DNA from: Myxococcota bacterium
GTDB taxonomy: Bacteria > Myxococcota_A > UBA796 > CAJQPC01
Direction of reading: 5' to 3'
Assembly (NCBI GenBank): GCA_036012755.1
Contig: DASCPX010000193.1
Span: 32,001-96,000, forward strand
Length of the DNA: 64,000 nucleotides
Under the pieces are notes generated by a model, which did not search any database, was not told where the DNA came from, and saw only the letters and a list, made by a program, of their open reading frames with translations. The translations under genes and the position numbers were made by a program. The stretch's first letter is position 1; each line of letters begins with the position of its first letter. Positions 18,068-26,965 of this stretch are shown piece after piece.

Positions 18068-19241
18068 CCTGGTGCGTGTCCGGAGCACGCGCGAAGGGGT
18101 GCGGCCCAGCTTCGTGAAGGTCGAACAACGCACGCTGGAGCGAGCGGAAGAAGTCCTCCAGCTCTTCCACGAGGGCGTCGAGGAGTCCCGGACCCGCCAG
18201 GAGCTCACCGACGGCGTGCTGGAGCTCGTCGGAGACGGCACCGACCACAAGATCTGGCGAGGCATGGCCAAGCTGCTCTCCGACAAGGCCGAGTTCGTGA
18301 CGGAGGCCCCGCTCCCCCCCGTCGAGCTCCGCGCCAGGCTCTTCGGCGAGGTCGGCGCTGGTCCTTCGAGGGCCAGGGCGATCGAGACCTACGCGCGAGT
18401 CGCCGAGGAGCTGGGCTCCACCCCGGCGGTGCTCCGCCGACTGCTCTTCGCGGACCGGAAGGAGGAGCAGCAGATCCAGGCGCTGCCGGTCGACGACGCG
18501 AGCTGGCTCGTGCATCGCTACAACGTCGCCCTCGTCCAGAGCGTCCTGCTCAAGGCCACCAGCCTCACCGTGACGCTGAAGGCGCCGAAGAGCGAGCGCC
18601 TGCGCCAGCTATTCAGAGGCATCGCCTTCCACCGGCTGATGTACAGGGTCCAGCCGATCGCAGACGGCGTGCGGTTGGAGCTCGACGGCCCCGCCAGCCT
18701 GCTCCGCCTCAACACTCGCTACGGCATGGCCCTGGCGAACTGGTTCCCCGCCCTCCTGCTGCAGGACGGGGCCTGGGAGCTGGAGGCGGAGGTGCGCTGG
18801 ACGAGGCGGCGGCTGCGCAAGAAGCTGGTGCTCAGCTCGGAGCAGGGCCTGGTGAGCCACTACCAGGACAAGGGGGCGTGGCGCTCCCGGACCGAGGAGT
18901 GGTTCCTGCAGCGCTTCCAGAGTCTCGACTCCGGCTGGACCATCGAGGACGGCACCGTGCTCGATCTCGGTGGCCAGGGTGTGGTCTGCCCCAGCTTCAC
19001 CTTCCGCAAGGGGCGCCGGCGAGCCCACCTGGAGATCGTCGGCTTCTGGCGCAAGGCCTGGCTGCAGCGCCGCCTCGAGCTGCTGGAGCGACACGGCCCG
19101 GGCACGCTCGTCCTGGCGGTGAGCACCCGGCTGGAGGGCGCCAAGCAGGGCCTCGGCCGGTTCGCGGGTCAGGTGGTGTCGTTCAAGGAGGTCGTCCCGG
19201 CCAAGGACGTGCTCGCCCTCATCGAGGAGATCGCCGTGTGA
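18054..19241 (+). CDS. DUF790 family predicted nuclease (Bax1-like)
   Basis: MLTGDLVR, G.AKLL.D, LFAD, RYNVALVQ..L, LDGPASL....TRYG..LA, PSFTF..HLEIVGFW...L..RL; overlaps the helicase 3' end. Confidence 0.85.
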   Translation: MLTGDLVRVRSTREGVRPSFVKVEQRTLERAEEVLQLFHEGVEESRTRQELTDGVLELVGDGTDHKIWRGMAKLLSDKAEFVTEAPLPPVELRARLFGEVGAGPSRARAIETYARVAEELGSTPAVLRRLLFADRKEEQQIQALPVDDASWLVHRYNVALVQSVLLKATSLTVTLKAPKSERLRQLFRGIAFHRLMYRVQPIADGVRLELDGPASLLRLNTRYGMALANWFPALLLQDGAWELEAEVRWTRRRLRKKLVLSSEQGLVSHYQDKGAWRSRTEEWFLQRFQSLDSGWTIEDGTVLDLGGQGVVCPSFTFRKGRRRAHLEIVGFWRKAWLQRRLELLERHGPGTLVLAVSTRLEGAKQGLGRFAGQVVSFKEVVPAKDVLALIEEIAV

Positions 19242-20418
19242 CCAGGACCGCCAGCAGAGCCAGCAGCCAGCCCGCCGAGATGGGGGTGGTGACACACCCG
19301 CCGACGTGCTCTTCGTCGACGTCGGAGAGGTCCTTCGGCTCACGGTCGCCGTCGTCGTCCCCGTCATCGCCGTCGTCGCCCGGATCCTCGAGACCCGTGT
19401 CGTCGACCGGGTCTTCGATCTCGGAGTCGGTGTCCTCTGGGGTCGAGTCGTCCGGGATCTCGTAGGTCACGCGGAGCCGGAAGGCGTCCACCCAGGCATC
19501 GGAGTCCCTGGCGCCGCCGGGGTGGTCGTAGAGCTTCACGGTGGCCTCGACCGCCGAGACATCTGCCCAGCCCCAGGCGCGCTCGTCGCTCAGATCCAGC
19601 GTCGTCCAGCCCGTGGAGGTGCTGCCGAAGACCGTGCTCGCCGATCCGCCGCCGTCGAGCGACAGGTCCAGCTCGTATGTCCCCGAGTCGTACTGGGTCC
19701 TGCTGCGCACACCCAGCTCGACGCCGGTGATCGTGCCCTCGCTGCAGCCGCCGAAGCCCCATGCCTTGAGGTACTCGCCGGAGTCGACGTTCTCTGAGTG
19801 GGCCTCCAGATCATCGGCCTCGCCGGTGGCGTAGGAGGCGCTCGACCAGCCGCTGCCATCGGCCACCGTCGCCCACAAGTCGATGCTGTGAGCGCCGACG
19901 TCCGTCGAGCAGTCCAGCTCCGGGACCTCGACATCCCCAGGCTCGAGCAGCACGAAGCGGACCGCGTTGGCCTCGTCGGACTGGTCGTCATCGTCGCCGT
20001 CGAGGGTGACGTAGCAGGAGCCGAAGCCCGCGTCGCACTGGACCTCGCCCAGCTCGAGCCAGTCAGAGGCGCCCTCTCCACGCTGGTCGACGACCACGTG
20101 ACCCACGCTGCCATCAGCGCTGTAGAGGTAGTGGTCCGCGTCGTAGGTCCGGTTCTCGGTCCGACGGAACCACGTGTCGATGCGGTAGGTGCCCGCGGTG
20201 GAGATGCTCGGCGTCCAGGTCGCGGTGCCGCGGCGGTCGCTGCCGCCGACGGTGTGCGAGGTGTAGTGGTAGCTCGAGTCGCCGCCGTCGTAGCCGTAGC
20301 CGTTGCTGCTCCAAGTGGTCCAGTCATCGCCGGTCGTGGTGAACCCAGGGGCGCCGTCTTCGTCGTCGATGACGACGGTCTCCGCGTTCGCGAACGCAAG
20401 ACACAGGGGCAGGAGCAC
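19219..20418 (-). CDS. Exported protein with golvesin/xanthan-lyase C-terminal-like beta domain and MYXO-CTERM-like tail
   Basis: GGAGGAG RBS + GTG; VVIDDED..F...G.W, ATWTP.I...GTYRI..W, W.ELG, ANAVRF; tail GGCVTT..GWLLALLAVLVTRR. Confidence 0.75.
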   Translation of the reverse strand: MLLPLCLAFANAETVVIDDEDGAPGFTTTGDDWTTWSSNGYGYDGGDSSYHYTSHTVGGSDRRGTATWTPSISTAGTYRIDTWFRRTENRTYDADHYLYSADGSVGHVVVDQRGEGASDWLELGEVQCDAGFGSCYVTLDGDDDDQSDEANAVRFVLLEPGDVEVPELDCSTDVGAHSIDLWATVADGSGWSSASYATGEADDLEAHSENVDSGEYLKAWGFGGCSEGTITGVELGVRSRTQYDSGTYELDLSLDGGGSASTVFGSTSTGWTTLDLSDERAWGWADVSAVEATVKLYDHPGGARDSDAWVDAFRLRVTYEIPDDSTPEDTDSEIEDPVDDTGLEDPGDDGDDGDDDGDREPKDLSDVDEEHVGGCVTTPISAGWLLALLAVLVTRRSPR

Positions 20419-20509
20419 GTCTCCTCCGCCGGTGCCGGCGAGGAACCCTACCAGAGGACCCCACCCCGAGATTGCCGATTCCGTGTCAGGACTTGCCGCT
20501 GGCTCCCGG

Positions 20510-20525
20510 CGGCACCAAATCTGCA
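20510..20525 (+). promoter_or_regulatory. Possible sigma54 promoter upstream of the DUF6569 gene
   Basis: CGGCAC-CAAAT-CTGCA keeps GG-N10-GC, with two mismatches to consensus. Confidence 0.4.
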
Positions 20526-20600
20526 CGAACGGCGAGCACCTCGCGCGGTCGATCTCCACCGGAGATCACCATACATGCACTCATCCTGTCCCTGCTCGCC

Positions 20601-21602
20601 GTGCTGCTGTGCTGCGGAACCCCGTCCCCGACAGCGCTCAGCGAGCCGAAGGAGCCCGTGAACACTGCACAGATCGACGATCGTCTCGTCATCCCCACCG
20701 TCATCCAGCACGGCGGCTTCGCCGTCTTCCCCATCGTCGACACGAAGGCCACCAAGCGCCCCAAGGGCAAGTACCTGACCCTGGACGAGGCCCTCCAGAC
20801 CGAGATCCTCGAAGTCAAAGAGGTCGACGAGTCCGGCAGCGTGCCGACGCTCCTGGTCCACAACAAGGGCAAGCACCCGGTACTCCTCTTCGTAGGTGAC
20901 GTGGTCACCGGCGGAAAACAGGACCGCGTGATCACAGAAGACCTCGTCCTGGAGCCCACGGAAGAGCCCGTCAGCGTCGCCGTCAACTGTGTGGAACAGG
21001 GTCGCTGGAGCGGCGCCACCGGCATCCATTTCGGCTACGGCGGAAAGGCCGAAGCCGACCTGATTCGCGCGCTGGGAGAAAAGAACCAAGGCACCACCTG
21101 GTCGAAGGTCGCCGAGCTCAACGCCCAGAAGGCCGTCGCGACCGGGGCGCCGGGACTCGCACCCGCCAGCGGGACCTACCGGGCCAGCCTCGAGAACGAG
21201 GCGGTCGACGAGCAGATCACGGCCGCGCGAAAGGTCATCGACACCGAGCTCGACGAGATCGACGGAGTGGTCGGCCTGGTGCTCGCTCTCGACGGCGAGG
21301 TCGACAGCGCCGAGCTCTACGCCCACCCGAACCTCTTCGACAAGGCGCAGGTCGGCCTGGTCGACTCCTACGCCCGAGAGGCCCTGGGGCGCGATCTCTT
21401 CGAGAAGCGCACCAATCCCCCCACCGCCACAGAAGCCGCCACCTTCGTACGAGAGGCCCGCGAAGCCAAGGTCGTCGAGGAAGAGGCCAAGGCCTCATCC
21501 GTCTCACGCAGGCTGGACTCGCTGGAGTCAGAGGCCTTCGTGCTCTCTGCCGACGACGGCACGGTGGTGCGCGAGCGCATGCACAAGAAGAAGAAGAAGT
21601 GA
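20601..21602 (+). CDS. DUF6569 / ARPP-1 family protein; start uncertain (ATA 20571, GTG 20601 or GTG 20658)
   Basis: AVFPI, YLTLDEAL, GSVPTL.V.N, GD...GGKQDRVI, V.CVEQGRW, Q...WSKV, L.DSYA.EA. Confidence 0.75.
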   Translation: MLLCCGTPSPTALSEPKEPVNTAQIDDRLVIPTVIQHGGFAVFPIVDTKATKRPKGKYLTLDEALQTEILEVKEVDESGSVPTLLVHNKGKHPVLLFVGDVVTGGKQDRVITEDLVLEPTEEPVSVAVNCVEQGRWSGATGIHFGYGGKAEADLIRALGEKNQGTTWSKVAELNAQKAVATGAPGLAPASGTYRASLENEAVDEQITAARKVIDTELDEIDGVVGLVLALDGEVDSAELYAHPNLFDKAQVGLVDSYAREALGRDLFEKRTNPPTATEAATFVREAREAKVVEEEAKASSVSRRLDSLESEAFVLSADDGTVVRERMHKKKKK

Positions 21603-22489
21603 AGCGCGGGCGTTGGGCGCTCGCTGCCGCGTTCATGCTCATGCTCGTGCCCAACGTCGCCGCGGCCCTGCACGCCCGCGCGACGCTGACCTTCGTCGAG
21701 GAGGGCGAGCGCACGCAAAACCCAGAGAACCTCGGCTCGTTGGAGGTCCTCGCGACGCTCTTGACCGGGGTTCGCGTCCCCAAGCCGACCTCGGCCGAAC
21801 CCACCGGCAAAATCGGCGAGCTCGCGATCACGGAGGCGCTGCCTGGCTAGACTGCCGAGGGCGTGGTGCTGCTGTTCCACGGCTACTCGGCCAGCCGAGA
21901 CCAGGTCGAGCCCGTCGCGGCCGTCTTTCGCCAGCTCGGATGGGCGACGATCACGGTGGACTTCCGCGGCCACGGCCACTCCCCGGGCAACACCACGACC
22001 CTGGGCTGGCGCGAGGCAGAGGACGTCCGAGCGGTCTTCGAGGCCCAGGACGCCCGACCCATCGGGCTCTACGGCTTTTCGATGGGCGCCGCAGCGATGC
22101 ACCGAGCGGCCCAGGACCTGGAGGGAGTCGACTTCCTGGTGAGCGAGGCCTGCTTCGGGCGCATGGAGGACACGGTGCGCGTCCGCTTCGACGCGATGGG
22201 GCTGCCGTCGAGCCCGGGCACGGAGCTCCTCCTCTTCTGGGGCGGCGTCCTCGCCGACATCGACGCCGGAGCGCACAACCCGGTCGAGTACGCCGCGAAC
22301 GTGCAGGCCCCGCTGCTCGTCGTGCAAGGGGACGAGGACCTCCGCGTCACGCTGGAGACAGCCCGCGCGCTGGGTGGTGAGCTCGTCGTGCTCGAGGGGG
22401 TCGGACACGAGCTCGGGGCCGTGGCCGCTCCGGAGCGCTTCCGCGCTGGCCTCGATGGGTTCCTCCAGGAGCGCCTCGGCGAGCGCTGA
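21599..22489 (+). pseudogene. Membrane-anchored alpha/beta hydrolase interrupted by one in-frame TAG at 21848-21850
   Basis: ORFs 21599-21850 and 21863-22489 share a frame: ..EALPG*TAEGVVLLFHGY..; DFRGHGHS, GFSMG, GDED, VGH catalytic motifs intact. Confidence 0.8.
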
Positions 22490-24691
22490 TCAGCTCGGGA
22501 ACTCCCAGCCCGTGGCGGTGGTTCCGTCCTCGAAGACCCAGATGCGCTGGTCTGCATCCCAGGGACCGGTGTACTCGACGGTGCCACCACCGGGGAAGTC
22601 CACACTGATGACGTCGACGGTGTCGAGCTCGCCGAGCCCGAAGTGGAGATAGGCGCTGTCCTGGTCGCCCTGTCCCGTGCCGCCCGTGACGTGACGGACG
22701 ACCGTGGTGTCACCGCTGCCGACCCGCACCGTGGCCCCGTAGGCGCCCCAGTTCGAGTCGACGCCGCCGATGGCTCGGACCTGCACCCAGTGGCCTGTCC
22801 CCGCCGTGTTCTCCAGCAGGTAGCTGGTGATGGTCAGGTCCTGGTCGCCGTCCTGGTCGAAGTCCGAGACCGCGACGCCCCAGGCGCCCGTGATGTCCTG
22901 GAGCCCGGCCGAGAGCACGTCGAGCTCGAAGGTGCCGTCACCGTTGCCCCAGTAGAAGTCCGTCGGGCGGCCGCTGTAGGTCGCCGAGATCACGAGATCG
23001 AGGGCGCCGTCCTGGTCGAAGTCGGCGAGCACGGGGACCGAGTGGGTCTCAGAATAGCGCAGCCCCGACTCGTTGGAGTAGGGCGTGTCCCAGTCGCCCT
23101 GCTTGTCGACCCAGGTCCCGTCGCCAGCGTTGATCATCACGCGGGTCTTGTCAGAGAAGGTCCAGAAGCGCGGATGGGCGAGGTTGGCCTCGATGAGGTC
23201 GAAGCTCCCGTCGTTGTCCAGATCGCCCCAGGCCGCGCCGATGCTGTGGCCGTAGTAGGACGAGCCGAACTCCTTCACTCCGGCGAGCTCGGTCGCCACG
23301 CCGGCCTCCTGGACCCAGTCCTCGCCGCCCTCGCCCACGATGTTCCAGTAGAACAGGTTCTTGTGGAGCGTGTAGTCGTTGATGAAGATGTCGACCCAGC
23401 CATCCTGATCAGCGTCGATGGGCGCAGCGCCACGGCCGGAGTAGGGCCAGTCGGAGAAGCCGTACTCCCCGGTGATCTCGGTGAAGGTGCCGTCGCCGTT
23501 GTTCAGCCAGACCTGGTCCTTGTAGAAGTCCCAGTCGGTCCAGCAGATCATGTCCGGCACGTAGACGTCGAGGTCGCCGTCGTTGTCGAGGTCCCACCAC
23601 GCCGCGGCTGGTGAGGGCTGGTGGTTCTGCGTCTCATCGGAGGCGCAGAGGTTGTAGTCCTGGATGTCCGTGACCCCCGCGGACTCGGTCATGTCGATGA
23701 AGGTCCCGGAGCAGTCACCCTTCCAGAGGCTCTCGCCGGCGGTGGTGGACTCGGCGAAGACGAAGAGATCGAGGCAGCCGTCGTTGTCGTAGTCGCCCCA
23801 GACAGCGCCAGATGCCGACACCGAGTCCGACAGGTCCTGCGTGAGCTCGAAGGTGCCGTCGCCGAGGTTCCGGTAGATGCGGGAGTTGGTGTTGAGATCG
23901 TCCCAGCCGTCGTTGTCGAAGTCGCCCCAGGACTGGCGGGAGCCGACCGAGAGCTCGCCGGTGGCGTCGACGAAGACCTTGTCCTCTGGCGGGTCCTCCA
24001 GGTACTCGACGTAGATGCGGATGAGGTAGTCGTACTGGAAGGGGAAGGAATAGCCCGGGTAGTAGGTCGGCGTGCCGAGCTCCGGCGTGTTGAGCGCCGA
24101 GTGGCAGTCACCCCAGGAGCCGCACTCGGTGTTGTTGGCGCCAGCGTCGAACAGCACGGCGAGGTCGGTGTTGTCGGCCCGCTGGTGGGCGGCGTGGACC
24201 AGACCCGGCTGCTCCGTGTCGACCGGCGTGTCGAGGACGTAGGTGGTCCAGCCGCCGTCCTCGATGTCCTCTATGCAGCGGGTGCCCGTCCACAGCGGGT
24301 CCTCGTGCCAGAAGTCGAAGCCGTTGTGACCGAAGTCCGGGTACACGCCCGCCTCGACCTCTGTGCCCTCGGGCCAGTCGGCAGGCAGGTTGGTGTAGGC
24401 GATCGCAAAGGCGTGGATGCGCGTCGGACGGTCCAGCTCGAAGCGCACGGACTCGTTGAGCACTGTGTCGCGCAGCTCGACGCCGTCCGCCGTCCAGGTC
24501 TGCCCGGTGATGTCGTAGACGCCCACACCGTCGTCCCAGGAGAGCTCCACCCAGCTCGGGTCGATGTCACCGAGCGCCGTGCCGCATCCCTCTGGGGCGC
24601 TGTCAACGCTGTCCAGACCGCTCTCGGGCTCGGGATCCGGGTCGGGCCTGGTGTCGTCAGGGCCATTGCAAGCAAGCACGAAGAGGAGCAC
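22490..24691 (-). CDS. CRTAC1/ASPIC-UnbV family FG-GAP repeat lipoprotein
   Basis: MLLFVLAC; repeated WGD(F/Y/L)DNDG..DL, N.GDGTF; C-terminal GA.V.V...Q....LHFGLG...V.FPGG. Confidence 0.9.
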   Translation of the reverse strand: MLLFVLACNGPDDTRPDPDPEPESGLDSVDSAPEGCGTALGDIDPSWVELSWDDGVGVYDITGQTWTADGVELRDTVLNESVRFELDRPTRIHAFAIAYTNLPADWPEGTEVEAGVYPDFGHNGFDFWHEDPLWTGTRCIEDIEDGGWTTYVLDTPVDTEQPGLVHAAHQRADNTDLAVLFDAGANNTECGSWGDCHSALNTPELGTPTYYPGYSFPFQYDYLIRIYVEYLEDPPEDKVFVDATGELSVGSRQSWGDFDNDGWDDLNTNSRIYRNLGDGTFELTQDLSDSVSASGAVWGDYDNDGCLDLFVFAESTTAGESLWKGDCSGTFIDMTESAGVTDIQDYNLCASDETQNHQPSPAAAWWDLDNDGDLDVYVPDMICWTDWDFYKDQVWLNNGDGTFTEITGEYGFSDWPYSGRGAAPIDADQDGWVDIFINDYTLHKNLFYWNIVGEGGEDWVQEAGVATELAGVKEFGSSYYGHSIGAAWGDLDNDGSFDLIEANLAHPRFWTFSDKTRVMINAGDGTWVDKQGDWDTPYSNESGLRYSETHSVPVLADFDQDGALDLVISATYSGRPTDFYWGNGDGTFELDVLSAGLQDITGAWGVAVSDFDQDGDQDLTITSYLLENTAGTGHWVQVRAIGGVDSNWGAYGATVRVGSGDTTVVRHVTGGTGQGDQDSAYLHFGLGELDTVDVISVDFPGGGTVEYTGPWDADQRIWVFEDGTTATGWEFPS

Positions 24692-24749
24692 GGAGAGACC
24701 TCCGAAGAGCGAGAACGTAGCAGGTAGAACGCCCGGCCCGTCAGCTTCG

Positions 24750-26423
24750 TCAACGAGCGATGGTGATGCCCAGCTCTTCCAGGCGCTCCCTCAGCGCCTC
24801 CATGTCTCCCTCGCGCACCAGGCACTGACCGCGCACGACCTCTCGGGCCAGCAGCGGCCCGGCGATGTGGTCCCGCCGGATGGCGTCTGTCACGCTGGCG
24901 GGGAGGTGGATCACCAGCGCCGCCTCGGTGCGGGCGGGCTCGACGCCGCTGGCGGCCCGGACCCGGACCTCGAGCTCCCCGGGCAAGGTGGAGTCGACGT
25001 GCAGACGCCGGAGGGTCTCGAGCAAGCCGTTGACGTCATCGACAGGTCGGGGGGCGACGTCGAAGTACCAGTGGCGGCGATCACGGCCCGCCAACGAGCC
25101 CACTCGCGCCAGCGCCGCGCGGACGGTGAGCGCGTCGCGACCAACCGGAACGACGATGCGATCCCCCTCCATGTGGAAGGCGGCCGGAGGCGGCTCCGTG
25201 TAGTCGATGACGCGACCGGCCCCCGGCCCCCGACGGAGCCTCCCCTCCTCGTCCTCCACGACGGTCACGCCCGAGAACAGGGTGATGCGCTCCGCGGAGC
25301 GCGCCCACTCCACGATGGACTGCTGCACCGTGAGCGGGACTCCGGTCCGGCTGTGCTCGGCCAGGAAGTCCAGGACATCGAGGTTCCCCACCGCCATGTC
25401 CGCGGCGACGCCGCCTCGGGTGAGCTTGTGGCGGTGGACCCGGTCTCCATCGACGTATGGGGCGAGCCGGCAGAGACGCCCGTAGTCGCTGGAGGAGAGC
25501 TCTCCGGCGCCGACGATTATGTCCATGTCCGGAGTGAGCAGGAAACCCGTGGGGAGGCGTGGCTGCTCGCCGGGCTTGCGCACGGAGACGAGCCCCTCCG
25601 CGTCTCGAGAGCCCTCCAGCACGCCGATGCGATGGAAGACCTCTGCCGCGAGACGCAGGGCGGCGTCCGGGTTGCCGGGCAAGGCGCCCGCGGCCCTGTC
25701 GCCCAGCAGGGCGAGCACGTCATCGATCCTGGCCCAGTGCTCTCCGACGAGGCGCAACAGCAGGCGACCAGCGGCGTGCTCGTCGCTGTCGAGGACCACC
25801 GCAGGATCGACCAGCCTGCGAGGCCGGGACTCGGGGAAGCCATAGAGGCGACCCGCGGCTGGACGGGCCATGCCGCAGGCCCGGGCCAGGCGAAGGGCCA
25901 GACGCCAGCGCGCCGGATCCCCCAGGGAGCCGAGCAGCCGGTCGATCTGGTCCTTTCGCGGAGAGCCATCACGGGTCAGCGACGGAGGCCTGGCCTCCAG
26001 GGCCGCAGCGGCCACGACCCTGTCGAAGCGAGCATCCCCCGGCGGGAAGCTCGGGGCACCGGGGGCGGCCGGAAGGGCACCGGCGAAGGGATGGCGACCA
26101 CGCAGGTGCGGGCTCAGACGCGAAGCCGCAGCGTAGAACCGCGGGTCGATCGTCGCCCCGCTGGAGGGACGCGCCCGGGGCAGCACGAAGCCTCCGAGCC
26201 AGAGCATCTCGTGGGTCTCGATCCTCCCGGCGAAGCGCGGGTCGATGGGATCCCCGGCGTCCCCGGCCAACAGCAGGGTGTCGAGGAGGTCCCGGTCGTC
26301 CCCGCCGAGTGCCTCCGCGCGTCGCAGGACCGAGGAGGGGTCATCGATCTCGTCGATGCCTACGGGCATCTCGGCGCGGAAGCTCGCGTCGTAGGCGTCG
26401 ACCAGCCGCGCGAGCTCGCTCAT
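24750..26423 (-). CDS. Helicase-associated (Helicase_C_3, p52/Tfb2-like) domain protein
   Basis: LLTPDMDIIV...LCRLA...DRVHRHKLTRGGV...LDFLAEHSRTGVPLTVQQSIVEW; ATGA overlap with upstream gene stop. Confidence 0.75.
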   Translation of the reverse strand: MSELARLVDAYDASFRAEMPVGIDEIDDPSSVLRRAEALGGDDRDLLDTLLLAGDAGDPIDPRFAGRIETHEMLWLGGFVLPRARPSSGATIDPRFYAAASRLSPHLRGRHPFAGALPAAPGAPSFPPGDARFDRVVAAAALEARPPSLTRDGSPRKDQIDRLLGSLGDPARWRLALRLARACGMARPAAGRLYGFPESRPRRLVDPAVVLDSDEHAAGRLLLRLVGEHWARIDDVLALLGDRAAGALPGNPDAALRLAAEVFHRIGVLEGSRDAEGLVSVRKPGEQPRLPTGFLLTPDMDIIVGAGELSSSDYGRLCRLAPYVDGDRVHRHKLTRGGVAADMAVGNLDVLDFLAEHSRTGVPLTVQQSIVEWARSAERITLFSGVTVVEDEEGRLRRGPGAGRVIDYTEPPPAAFHMEGDRIVVPVGRDALTVRAALARVGSLAGRDRRHWYFDVAPRPVDDVNGLLETLRRLHVDSTLPGELEVRVRAASGVEPARTEAALVIHLPASVTDAIRRDHIAGPLLAREVVRGQCLVREGDMEALRERLEELGITIAR

Positions 26424-26965
26424 GCGCCGGACTTGCTCGCCGTCCACTCGCCCCGAGCGGTGCACTCGATGCTGGTGTCGTCGTCGTCGGTCGAGATGCC
26501 GTACCAGGCGAAGCCCTCGATGTACACGCGGCCTCGATACACGTCGTCATAGGCCAGCCCCCCCATGGCGACGTGGATCATGCCGTAGCGGCTGTCCTGG
26601 TATTGGCCCGAGAAGGTGACGCCCCCGGTCGAGGACTCGATGCCCCAGAACTTCACGTCCTCGAGGTCCGGGTCGTCCCAGGTCGCGTAGAGCTGGTCGG
26701 GCCAGCGCCCACCTACCTCCATGGCACCGTCGAAGGGCAGGTCCGAGCCTGCCTTGAAGCCGTCGAGGCCGCAGCTCTCCGTGAACAGGTTCTTGCCTAC
26801 GTCCGAGGTCCAGTTCCCGAGCACGTTGGGCACGTTGCCCGTGTCCCCTCCGGGGCCGTCGATGTCTCCGCAGACAGAGGTGCTGTCTTCGGCGCCCGAG
26901 TCGTCGTTGTTTCCGCGACAGGCCACGAGCGAAACGAGCAGCAGGATCAGGGATGGCGTGTTCAT
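26420..26965 (-). CDS. Hypothetical lipoprotein
   Basis: MNTPSLILLLVSLVAC; ATGA overlap with OmpA-family gene stop. Confidence 0.75.
   Translation of the reverse strand: MNTPSLILLLVSLVACRGNNDDSGAEDSTSVCGDIDGPGGDTGNVPNVLGNWTSDVGKNLFTESCGLDGFKAGSDLPFDGAMEVGGRWPDQLYATWDDPDLEDVKFWGIESSTGGVTFSGQYQDSRYGMIHVAMGGLAYDDVYRGRVYIEGFAWYGISTDDDDTSIECTARGEWTASKSGA

Noticed and set aside
21848..21850. Genome-wide TAG reassignment
   Set aside because: TAG ends many genes at plausible C-termini (4305, 7726, 8755, 12861, 32171, 33369, 36564, 37486, 43078, 45872, 58062).
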